Shown here: positions 50,618 through 58,994 of the stretch, piece by piece
Numbering within the stretch: position 1 is the stretch's first letter
Layout: every line of letters begins with the position of its first letter
Virus record (IMG/VR): IMGVR_UViG_3300020576_007701
From: a virus
Lineage: Duplodnaviria > Caudoviricetes
DNA length: 64,000 bases
Direction: 5' to 3' (one strand)
Made by a program: the position numbers and the translations under genes
Notes under the pieces: model-generated
Databases searched by the model: none
What the model saw: only the letters and a program-made list of their open reading frames with translations
What the model was told of the DNA's origin: nothing

Positions 50618-51211
50618 ATGAGCACAACATTTAACGATTCAGCATTTTCAGAATTAGGAAAAATAAGCACACCAAATTTTGATGGTGCAGCAAAATGGGA
50701 ACGTCAACCAGCGGACGAAGAATTAAAGCCATACGCAGACTTTATTAAAAAACACACGCCACACAACGCAGAAATAGAGCCAGAAAGAATTAAGTTTTAT
50801 TATTTGCCAAAACTTTTAAAAGAAGGCGGAAATTACATTATCGGCAAATTACAAGATAGAGATCCCCTTGAAGCTGACAACGATAATAGTTTTGATTATT
50901 TTGTTTGTATAAGCTATCCAGTTTGGAGAAACCTAGACACTAAAACAAAGGCAATTCAACTAGACAAGGTTTTATGTGGAATTAAACTTGCTCCTGGAAA
51001 AGATGCCGCTGAAATTGAGGCTAAAAAGCGTCCAACAGACGTTAGAGAATATCAAGATAGTTTAGATTGTTTTGGAGCTCTTGAGGTGTTGAGAACATCA
51101 CAGGTTGTTTCTAAAGGGGCTGAACAATTAGCTGAAGCTGCAGCTGAAGAGAAAAAACAAAAAAAAGAAGACGCTAAAGCAAAAAGAGAAGCTAAAAAAC
51201 AAAATGCTTAA
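50618..51211 (+). CDS. Degenerate phage metallopeptidase-like protein
   Basis: DYFVCIS..VW..L...KAIQLDKVLCGI...RPTDVREY has the layout of the putative phage metallopeptidase family but lacks HExxH. Confidence 0.5.
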   Translation: MSTTFNDSAFSELGKISTPNFDGAAKWERQPADEELKPYADFIKKHTPHNAEIEPERIKFYYLPKLLKEGGNYIIGKLQDRDPLEADNDNSFDYFVCISYPVWRNLDTKTKAIQLDKVLCGIKLAPGKDAAEIEAKKRPTDVREYQDSLDCFGALEVLRTSQVVSKGAEQLAEAAAEEKKQKKEDAKAKREAKKQNA

Positions 51212-51213
51212 TT

Positions 51214-51477
51214 ATGAATGAAGATCTTTTAGAGGCCGCTTTATCAGTACTTAAAAGCAAGATAGATGTAATTATGCTAGATGTCAACAATATGATGTCT
51301 AATGCTTATATTGAAGATAAAGCGGCCAAAAAAATGGCAAACAAAATTTCGAAATTAGCAAAAGCAAATCGTAATTATCAACAAGGTTTGAGTTTAAAAG
51401 CTCAAATGTTAGCTTTAAAAATTACATCTTCCGCACAAGAAACAAATACTGATTCCAACAAAAATGAGGAAGAATAA
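51214..51477 (+). CDS. Hypothetical protein
   Basis: 87-aa ORF in operon. Confidence 0.55.
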   Translation: MNEDLLEAALSVLKSKIDVIMLDVNNMMSNAYIEDKAAKKMANKISKLAKANRNYQQGLSLKAQMLALKITSSAQETNTDSNKNEEE

Positions 51478-51480
51478 ATC

Positions 51481-51720
51481 ATGATAATAGTTTTAAAAAT
51501 AATTTTGCTTTTCTTAGCAGTTGTATCTGGAATAACCTTTAGGGGTATTTTGAAAGATTTTATTCAGGTCAAAAAAACAGATGGCTTTGACACAATAACC
51601 ATTTGGGAAAGAACAAAGTTTAATGTGAAATTTTACTTAATAGAACTTTCTATAATTAGTTTAATTGTCTTTTTGCTTTATTTTATTGTTATGCCATTGA
51701 CAATTGGTTCTTATGCTTAA
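51481..51720 (+). CDS. Small two-TM membrane protein
   Basis: Two hydrophobic segments. Confidence 0.6.
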   Translation: MIIVLKIILLFLAVVSGITFRGILKDFIQVKKTDGFDTITIWERTKFNVKFYLIELSIISLIVFLLYFIVMPLTIGSYA

Positions 51721-52012
51721 AAATTTTTGGAAACATTCTCGTTTAAGGTTCTATTATTTAAATACAATATGGAACTATAAGTTTTGGCTTTTTTCCATAA
51801 AAATTTATAGACACGAAAATCATGAAGTCATAAACAAGGAAGAGTTAACAATGGATTATACAACCATGTTAAAGCCAACAAAAAAAATAATAAGCAGCAA
51901 AAGATTCTCTGGTTATATGTATGAAAACAAGATTTACCATGACAATCCAGGAATTCAAGGCATAGATTCGGAGACTTGGCAAATTTGGAGAAAAAAAGGA
52001 CTAATAGATTAA
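51713..52012 (+). CDS. Hypothetical protein
   Basis: ATG at 51713 overlapping the previous stop. Confidence 0.5.
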   Translation: MLKNFWKHSRLRFYYLNTIWNYKFWLFSIKIYRHENHEVINKEELTMDYTTMLKPTKKIISSKRFSGYMYENKIYHDNPGIQGIDSETWQIWRKKGLID

Positions 52013-52016
52013 AATT

Positions 52017-52043
52017 AAATCTCGCCCACAAGCGAGATTTTTT
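52017..52043 (+). terminator. Rho-independent terminator
   Basis: AAATCTCGC-CCACAA-GCGAGATTTTTT. Confidence 0.8.
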
Positions 52044-52087
52044 GCTATTATAACTTTTTTTTTGATATTTATTAGAAAACTCCACGT

Positions 52088-53737
52088 ATGGCCGAGAAAG
52101 ATAAAATATATCCAGAAGGATACCCACGTCAAACAGAAGGTTTTAGTGAACAACAAAAATTCAAATTAGATACGTTTACTTTGATACAAAAGGTTGCTCT
52201 AGAAACCACTGAAAAAGCGTTTGAAAAATTAGGCTATAAAAAGTCTGACAAAGTTGCTGGCGAGTATGCAGATGGTAAAACAATGGGCGCTGGAACAGAA
52301 ATAAATCACTTTAATGTGAGATTAACTTCAAATGCTCTAACTAACACTTATTTTCAAAAAATTATTTATTTTGGCGGAAAAAGAACCGCATCAGAAATTA
52401 ATATTGAGTGGGATGTTAAAAATAAATCACTAGAAATGACTTATAAAACCTCTGAGGCTGGATCTTTTAGAGGATACGGTTCTGCAGAAGGAGCTCATAT
52501 GCTTAATCAAAAAATGGCATTTGTAGTTAAATCTGAATCTGAATTTAAAACAGAGCTTACAAAATTATTTGCAACTTGCGCAGAAAAAGAAGTAGCTCAT
52601 ATCACAAAAACAAAACTAGGTATCGAGGACGGTACTGAAAAAAGTACAAACTCAATGGTTGAAAACTCTATGAAAAACTATAACTTAAAAAATTTAATGT
52701 CAGCTTCCGATGAAGACTTGGCAAGCGCTGTTGATAATTATCTTAACGAAGGAAAAGTTGAAGATAAAACAACAAAAAATAGCCCAGAAATAATTGCTGC
52801 TAATAGCCCAGGAAAACTTCTTTTTGATGACCTTGAAGAATTGGAAGATGGCGCTGTTAAAACTGCAGCAAAAAACAAACTTAAAAAATTTGGTTGTGTA
52901 GCAGTTAACGAATTAAAGCCTTCTGAAAAGAAAACTTTTTTCGAAGAACTTGAAAAAGAAATGGCAATTGATGAAGTTACAGCTTCTGGTGGAAACGCTG
53001 CTGGCGGTGCTTATACTGGCCCATCTTGTTTTAAACCAGGCGGAGATTTTGACCTTGGAAACGAAAAGGATGTAAATAAGAAAAAGTTTGAAGAAACTAA
53101 TTATGCTAAAAATAAACAAAGCAAACCTTATGTTCAAAAAACAATGAAAGAAGGTGATACATTCTGGACAACAGTAGAGGTTATACCTGGATCTGGTTAT
53201 GTACCAAAAGGTATGGATAAAAATTTTGTTATGGGTCAACATGCTGAAAACATTAAAAAAACAAACGAAAGCGTTTCTAAGGGTACTGAAGAATCAATGC
53301 TTACTGAGTCATTAGTAAAAAAGAAATTTGTTACTTTAAGTGAAAACGAAGAAAAAGGTATCAACAAAAGATACATCATTACTGAAAAAAGGACTAAAGA
53401 ACAAGAAGAAAACAGATGGAAAAAGCTTGCCATGTTTGAATCTAACGAAACAATTAAGCGTGCAGAAAGAGTAACTGAAGATGAAGAGTTTGTAGAAGCT
53501 CCTAAGGTTATAAAAGAAAACGTTCACAAAGAAGAAGAAGAATTCAGAAGCAGAGTTGACGTGAATATCGACGAACAAGTAGATGGCAAAAAAGTAATTA
53601 TGGTTGCAAAACCAAACTCTATGTCAAATGCAATGTTTAAAGTATTTGAAGAAGATTACTTAAACGAAAGCAGATCTTATATAAAAGACCTAAATTCTGG
53701 CCAATTAATACTTAACCCAAACTATAAATTCAAATAA
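52088..53737 (+). CDS. Large Glu/Lys-rich late protein (putative head-internal)
   Basis: TATTTAT at 52066-52072; many [L/I/V]xE sites (YLNE, IDE, LTE, IKE). Confidence 0.55.
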   Translation: MAEKDKIYPEGYPRQTEGFSEQQKFKLDTFTLIQKVALETTEKAFEKLGYKKSDKVAGEYADGKTMGAGTEINHFNVRLTSNALTNTYFQKIIYFGGKRTASEINIEWDVKNKSLEMTYKTSEAGSFRGYGSAEGAHMLNQKMAFVVKSESEFKTELTKLFATCAEKEVAHITKTKLGIEDGTEKSTNSMVENSMKNYNLKNLMSASDEDLASAVDNYLNEGKVEDKTTKNSPEIIAANSPGKLLFDDLEELEDGAVKTAAKNKLKKFGCVAVNELKPSEKKTFFEELEKEMAIDEVTASGGNAAGGAYTGPSCFKPGGDFDLGNEKDVNKKKFEETNYAKNKQSKPYVQKTMKEGDTFWTTVEVIPGSGYVPKGMDKNFVMGQHAENIKKTNESVSKGTEESMLTESLVKKKFVTLSENEEKGINKRYIITEKRTKEQEENRWKKLAMFESNETIKRAERVTEDEEFVEAPKVIKENVHKEEEEFRSRVDVNIDEQVDGKKVIMVAKPNSMSNAMFKVFEEDYLNESRSYIKDLNSGQLILNPNYKFK

Positions 53738-53751
53738 TTTATAAAAACATT

Positions 53752-53785
53752 AAAAATCCGCCCCAAAAAGGCGGATTTTTTATTT
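53752..53785 (+). terminator. Rho-independent terminator
   Basis: AAAAATCCGCC-CCAAAAA-GGCGGATTTTTT. Confidence 0.85.
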
Positions 53786-53828
53786 TGTTTTATTTAATAT
53801 AATAACTATATTTTATAAACAAATTGAC

Positions 53829-54404
53829 ATGAATAAATTAAAGGTTGAAAATATTTCAAACATAAAACTCGATTTTTTTTTAAAACAAAACAACCAGGAT
53901 GTTCGTGTTGTTTTAGAAGCGGACGAATCGACTTGGTGCGATAAAGACAGCAATACAAAGTCAATGATACTTTATGAGAGAAAAGGGTTGATTAAATTAT
54001 CCTATGAAGAGGAAACAAACAAAGATACATCCACTTCAATGTCTCAAAAAAATATCGAACCTAATGGTCACATCAACGTAAAATACGAACCACTTGATTT
54101 AGATGAAGATTATATTCTGGTATCTACCACTAATCCAAACGCCAATATTCAAGAGATCATTGAAAAAATAAAAGAAAATATAAAAAAAGAACCTCTACCT
54201 CCACCTCTAACAAAAACTATTGAAAAGGTAGAAGATAAGCCAACCGAAGCTCCAAAAGAAAAAACCTATAAAGGTAAAAAGCGTGGACCCAAAAAGAAAC
54301 GTGGCCCAAAACCAGGAATGGCCAAGAAAAAGAAAAAACTAGCAGAAAAAATAGCTAAAGAAAGCAACGAAGATGATAGCAAGGACATTCAAGATAAATC
54401 TTAA
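53829..54404 (+). CDS. Hypothetical protein with basic AT-hook-like tail
   Basis: KKRGPKKKRGPKPG; TTTG-N19-TATATTTT upstream (53784-53814). Confidence 0.6.
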   Translation: MNKLKVENISNIKLDFFLKQNNQDVRVVLEADESTWCDKDSNTKSMILYERKGLIKLSYEEETNKDTSTSMSQKNIEPNGHINVKYEPLDLDEDYILVSTTNPNANIQEIIEKIKENIKKEPLPPPLTKTIEKVEDKPTEAPKEKTYKGKKRGPKKKRGPKPGMAKKKKKLAEKIAKESNEDDSKDIQDKS

Positions 54405-54636
54405 AACATTTAGGCGAAGAAAATTAACCTTCCTTCAACAAAAGTTAAAGACTGTAATGAAGTGCTATACTATTAACGGATTTGTATTGAATGATGCAGA
54501 AAGCACATTTAGTTTTTCTAAAACATATAAAAAAATGGGTGTTGTTATAAATGTAGACACAGTTAATACTGGTGGTTTTTATACTTTTGAAATTCCAGAC
54601 ACTGAAGATATAATGGTAAAAATTTATGTTGACTAA
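54373..54636 (+). CDS. Hypothetical protein
   Basis: 87-aa ORF. Confidence 0.5.
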   Translation: MIARTFKINLKTFRRRKLTFLQQKLKTVMKCYTINGFVLNDAESTFSFSKTYKKMGVVINVDTVNTGGFYTFEIPDTEDIMVKIYVD

Positions 54637-55363
54637 AAGAGAAGAATATATAAAAACTTTTTTTAGTAATTATGAAGATAATGAATCTACAAAAATTGTC
54701 AAAAAAATATCAGAAATAGGCAATACCATAGGTTTTATTGGCGTTAACGTTAATCAAAATGAAAATAAATCTGAAAAAAGAAAACACAAATATGATGTGT
54801 GGATTGCTAAGGAAACAAAAAAAGACATCAACATTCTTGATATGTCTTTTGATCTTAGGTTAATAATTGATTGGGCCGTATCTACAAAAGCAGATTTGTT
54901 CTCTTATAATTTTGAAGATGCAAACATGGCGCAAGCAACATGGCATCAAGAAATGATGAATAAGTACGACATTGAAGAGTTAAATATTCCTGATGTTGAC
55001 CTAGAAAGAGTGATTTTTAGATTTAGCGATAAAAACCATTTTATGTATTTATTAAACCCTAATGATCTTAAATATGAAGGTAAATCAATGGGGCATTGTG
55101 TCGGATCAAATTCAAGCTATGCTACAAGAATTAAAAACGGTCTCTCTTTAATTGTATCAATAAGGGATTCAAAAAATTTACCTCACGTAACAATGGAGTT
55201 AGATGTGAAAAGCTCTCAAGTTGTACAACAATATGGAAAAGGTAATGCGAGACCAGCGTTAAAGTATAAAAAATTAATAAAGGAATTTGTATTGTTTGCA
55301 ACAAATTTTAAAGACATTGAAAATCCAGAAACTTTAAAATTTCTAAATACACAGTTTTTATAA
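54626..55363 (+). CDS. PcfJ-like domain protein
   Basis: DLKYEGKSMGHCVGS...IVSIRD....PHVTME.....VQQYGKGN. Confidence 0.75.
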   Translation: MLTKREEYIKTFFSNYEDNESTKIVKKISEIGNTIGFIGVNVNQNENKSEKRKHKYDVWIAKETKKDINILDMSFDLRLIIDWAVSTKADLFSYNFEDANMAQATWHQEMMNKYDIEELNIPDVDLERVIFRFSDKNHFMYLLNPNDLKYEGKSMGHCVGSNSSYATRIKNGLSLIVSIRDSKNLPHVTMELDVKSSQVVQQYGKGNARPALKYKKLIKEFVLFATNFKDIENPETLKFLNTQFL

Positions 55364-56194
55364 CTACTTTATTTTATAAAGCACATCATCATCTTCACCA
55401 GGTTCAACTTCCTCTTGGTCAAATTCCATTACGATAAATTGTTTTTGATCAGCTTCATTTAAGTTGGCGCTCTCAACTTTATCAGTATCCATGTTTTTTA
55501 AAAAGCTTTTTTCGCCTTCTTGTATACCAGCAAGGGCCTTCATTCTCTTAACAGACTCACTAAGCGCTTTCTTATCCTGATTATCAACTCTTTTTTCAGC
55601 TTCTTTTTCTTTTGATAAAAGTCCAGTCTTAGGATCTGAATAATATTTAGGGTCTTCAACAAGATGATCCATAACAATTTCTTTTTGTTTGTCTTTTGAG
55701 TTGCTATGCTCATTTTCAACTCCAATACCTATTTTTATCTCCTTTTCAATTTCGGCTATGCCAATGCCATGTTTTTTAGCAATATCTTCCATAGACATTT
55801 TATCTGCTTTTCCACCCTTTATTATATTTTCTCCTAAATTTGTGTGCATAATTTCAATTTTTTTTAATTTACTTGGTTCGTTTACTATAAACTCAGCTTC
55901 TCCAATATTACAAATATCTCCTTCTGGATAATAGTCAGTTGAAAATGGGTCAGCATTTCCAAAATTTGTGTTCTGATCAACGCTAATTCCTAAAACTACA
56001 CCATGTGGTCCAGCATGTGTTTCAGCAAGGCCAAAGTCATCAGTGATAGAAAAATCTCCGCCAAAAGCTTGTTGTGCGTTTGGTATTAATCCATTTTTTA
56101 AAAAACTTTTCAGTCTTTCACCTGAAATTCCGTGATAATAATACCTTTTGTTATAAGGTTTATTTTCTTGTTCTAAAGCAGATAATTGTTTCAT
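55364..56194 (-). CDS. ADP-ribosyltransferase-fold domain + DUF5661-like domain protein
   Basis: YYYHGIS....SFLKNGLIP, FSIT...LA..HA, EAE; then GIGVENEH...EIVMDHLVEDPKYYS; C-terminal LSESVKRMKALAGI. Confidence 0.55.
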   Translation of the reverse strand: MKQLSALEQENKPYNKRYYYHGISGERLKSFLKNGLIPNAQQAFGGDFSITDDFGLAETHAGPHGVVLGISVDQNTNFGNADPFSTDYYPEGDICNIGEAEFIVNEPSKLKKIEIMHTNLGENIIKGGKADKMSMEDIAKKHGIGIAEIEKEIKIGIGVENEHSNSKDKQKEIVMDHLVEDPKYYSDPKTGLLSKEKEAEKRVDNQDKKALSESVKRMKALAGIQEGEKSFLKNMDTDKVESANLNEADQKQFIVMEFDQEEVEPGEDDDVLYKIK

Positions 56195-56391
56195 TATGAT
56201 GTAAAAAATGTTTTAGAAGCCTCAATTTTACTCATGGCTTGTTTGTAGTTGCTTTCTCTTCTAAGTTCAGTCATTATCTTATACCAATTTTCCTGTTGTT
56301 CAGCAGTCCAAACAACCACCCTCTGTTTCCCTTCGGCTTTTAATTTAGCAATTATATCTTCCGATTTTGATATTCTCTTTATTTCCCCCAT
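56194..56391 (-). CDS. Hypothetical protein
   Basis: 65-aa ORF coupled on both sides. Confidence 0.55.
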   Translation of the reverse strand: MGEIKRISKSEDIIAKLKAEGKQRVVVWTAEQQENWYKIMTELRRESNYKQAMSKIEASKTFFTS

Positions 56392-57254
56392 TGTAATAGC
56401 TTTGGCGTATAATTAATACTAACACCTACTTGTGGACCGAAATACGTCCTATTGTCCTTTAAATTGACCGTAGCACCATATCCTAAGTGAAGTCCAACAC
56501 CCCAAGTCTTTCTTAATTTTTTAGCAGCCTTTTTTGAAATAGGGTCATCCATTATGCTGGCTCCATCTAATTGACTAAATGTAATTCCTGGGTAACTTGT
56601 AGTAGCGCCTATAGTTACCTTTTTTGTTTTAGGATCTTCAAATAAACCAACTTTTAATTTTATTCTTTGTTCCAACTGAAAACTTCCAGGCCCAGTTGCC
56701 ACTTTTGAGTATAAACCAAATTTGTTAATATCTGCTTGGGTAGAATCTTTTTTATAATAATGTGTGTTTGCAAAAGGTACCAAACCAGATATTTTTCTAA
56801 AATTACCATCTGGCATGTTAAGGCTATCGGAAAAAGTAAAAGTCCCATTCCCAAGAGAGTCCATTTTTACATACACTGGAACTTTAACTATTGTTTCGTT
56901 ATTATTAACTGTTATTTTTTCTATAACTTTTGGATTTTGCTTTCTAAACTTTTCAAAACCAATCAATAAATCTGAATAACCATTTTTCAATTCATCAACA
57001 GTTAACTTAAGGGCTAATTTTTCGGCCAACAATGTCGAGTCATTTATTTTATTTTGAGTTAAAATTGAGTTTTTAGCCTCTACATTGTTTAGCTGTCTTT
57101 GGGTTTCGTCTTTTTGAGCCTCTAATTCACTTTTTAAACCAGCAGCTTGATTACATTGAAACAAAATTATAGCCACCAAAATAACAATACCAATAAGTTT
57201 TTGAACCCCTCTATTTTTTGGATCTGTTATCCACGATATTATTGATGTAAACAT
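56379..57254 (-). CDS. Spanin-like envelope protein
   Basis: N-terminal TM ending in Cys (VAIILFQC), coiled coil, C-terminal amphipathic beta-hairpin (WGVGLHLGYG...YFGPQVGVSINY); TATTTAT on the minus strand at 57274-57268. Confidence 0.55.
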   Translation of the reverse strand: MFTSIISWITDPKNRGVQKLIGIVILVAIILFQCNQAAGLKSELEAQKDETQRQLNNVEAKNSILTQNKINDSTLLAEKLALKLTVDELKNGYSDLLIGFEKFRKQNPKVIEKITVNNNETIVKVPVYVKMDSLGNGTFTFSDSLNMPDGNFRKISGLVPFANTHYYKKDSTQADINKFGLYSKVATGPGSFQLEQRIKLKVGLFEDPKTKKVTIGATTSYPGITFSQLDGASIMDDPISKKAAKKLRKTWGVGLHLGYGATVNLKDNRTYFGPQVGVSINYTPKLLQWGK

Positions 57255-57284
57255 GATGTATTTTTCTATAAATATGTTGCAATT

Positions 57285-57596
57285 TTATTCCTTATCTTCA
57301 AAAAGCTTGTCGATAATAGACCTTTCGTCTACATTTTTAAAAGACTCAGGATCCTTGGAATTGTCTATAATGCCAATTTCCTTATCTCCTCTAAACACAC
57401 TTACCTTAGAACTAACATCAATACCTTGAAGTAGTGTTTCTAAAGCTCTTTGTACAATATCTTGACTAACCACCTTAAGAGCGTCGGATTTGTGTTTGTC
57501 ATTCCTATCAAAATCATTGTTGTGCCACATTGCTATTTGATTATAAACTTCTATTACAAGTTTGGTTGTGTCAAATTCTATTTTTTTATTATCCAT
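57285..57596 (-). CDS. Hypothetical protein
   Basis: 103-aa ORF. Confidence 0.55.
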   Translation of the reverse strand: MDNKKIEFDTTKLVIEVYNQIAMWHNNDFDRNDKHKSDALKVVSQDIVQRALETLLQGIDVSSKVSVFRGDKEIGIIDNSKDPESFKNVDERSIIDKLFEDKE

Positions 57597-57662
57597 TTTC
57601 TATGTTTTTTATTATATTTAATTATCTATGTAAAATATATGCTTTAAGAATTGCAAAACCAA

Positions 57663-58547
57663 ATGATAAGGGATATTAATATAATTATTGCTTCTATAAC
57701 AAGTAAGTTCTTCTGTACTGATTGGGAAACTCTCAGTCAGAAAGAGCTTGAGCATATTGGAAATGTATTGGATTACCCAAATATAGAGGATAGGTTTTTG
57801 TGTGACCACGAAGAAATACATCCATATATAAAATGGGATAGGCTTGAAAAAATGCAGGCTATAAGGGTTGCAACTAGACACCCAAATTTAATAGATAAAA
57901 TAAATTTAAGCAAATATGAATATAAGATAAAAGAAATATGGTATTTTATACAAGCAGATTATACAAGACTGTTTAAGTATTTTACTTTTGATTTAAAAAA
58001 ATTACCCAAAGAAGATGCATATTTTTTATTGTGTATTGGGCAAGATATTTTTTTTGATATTATAAAAATTGAAAATTATGAATTTAACCACATAGAGTGC
58101 TTTAACATCTTAAAAGCTTATGATTTTAAAAGGAAAGTTATTTGCAGTTTAAATACATCGCTATTTAATAGTCAACAAATTTCACACATTTTCAAAGCTA
58201 CAAATGAAGAATATTTAGATATTTTTTCTGTCAAACAATTAAACACAATAGATTGGTTAGATCTTTTGTGTTATCAACCAGGCTTTATTAAACATTGTGA
58301 TTTAGAAAAATTTGTAGATGGCGACCCGTTTAATTTAATACAATTAATTACTCTTTTTAAAAACCCTGACTTGTCGTATCTGCTAGATGAGATAGACAAA
58401 GATGAAATTACAGCTCTTGGCTGGGAAAAATTATTAATTTATAATTCAGAAAAGTTTTCTAAAATTTGCAATTTTTCAAAAATTAAAGAAAATAATTGGG
58501 TCGAAATATTGAAATATCGTCCAGAATTAGAGGCGCACAAAAATTAA
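57663..58547 (+). CDS. Helical repeat protein
   Basis: Repeats of the type L...W..LL.YqP....C.l.K; ATG at 57663. Confidence 0.55.
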   Translation: MIRDINIIIASITSKFFCTDWETLSQKELEHIGNVLDYPNIEDRFLCDHEEIHPYIKWDRLEKMQAIRVATRHPNLIDKINLSKYEYKIKEIWYFIQADYTRLFKYFTFDLKKLPKEDAYFLLCIGQDIFFDIIKIENYEFNHIECFNILKAYDFKRKVICSLNTSLFNSQQISHIFKATNEEYLDIFSVKQLNTIDWLDLLCYQPGFIKHCDLEKFVDGDPFNLIQLITLFKNPDLSYLLDEIDKDEITALGWEKLLIYNSEKFSKICNFSKIKENNWVEILKYRPELEAHKN

Positions 58548-58732
58548 TTTTTGCACTGACACGATCCGCCTCCGCAAACACATTTTGCCTTTGAACAAAC
58601 GTCGCACTCACAGGTGCTACAATCGCAACCCTGAATACAATTACAGTTGTTTCCACAGCCACAATTTGTTTTAACTATTTCGGCGTGCTCAAGCGGGTGA
58701 TCGCCATGAAAATCTGGATATTCTTCTGTCAT
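58544..58732 (-). CDS. Metallothionein-like Cys-rich peptide
   Basis: 13 Cys in the last 39 residues, six CxC motifs, His-rich N-terminus. Confidence 0.65.
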   Translation of the reverse strand: MTEEYPDFHGDHPLEHAEIVKTNCGCGNNCNCIQGCDCSTCECDVCSKAKCVCGGGSCQCKN

Positions 58733-58733
58733 T

Positions 58734-58994
58734 TTATAAAAGTTTTTCTATTTTAGATTTCCAAGTGCTAAGAAGTTTTATAGCACTATCAATTTTTTTA
58801 ACACCATCGGCAAAATCATCGCTTTCGATATTTTTCATCAAATCCACAAGCATGGTTCTTAAGCTAGATGCCTCATCTTTCCATTGAGAATTAGATTTTG
58901 GAAGTAAAACATCCAATTCTTTTAAATCTAAGGAGTTTTTTAGAACCTCTTTTACAAAATCCCTTAATTCTTTTTCGCTTAATTCTTTTTTCAT
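58734..58994 (-). CDS. Small helical protein
   Basis: MKKELSEKELRDFVKEVLK tag. Confidence 0.6.
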   Translation of the reverse strand: MKKELSEKELRDFVKEVLKNSLDLKELDVLLPKSNSQWKDEASSLRTMLVDLMKNIESDDFADGVKKIDSAIKLLSTWKSKIEKLL

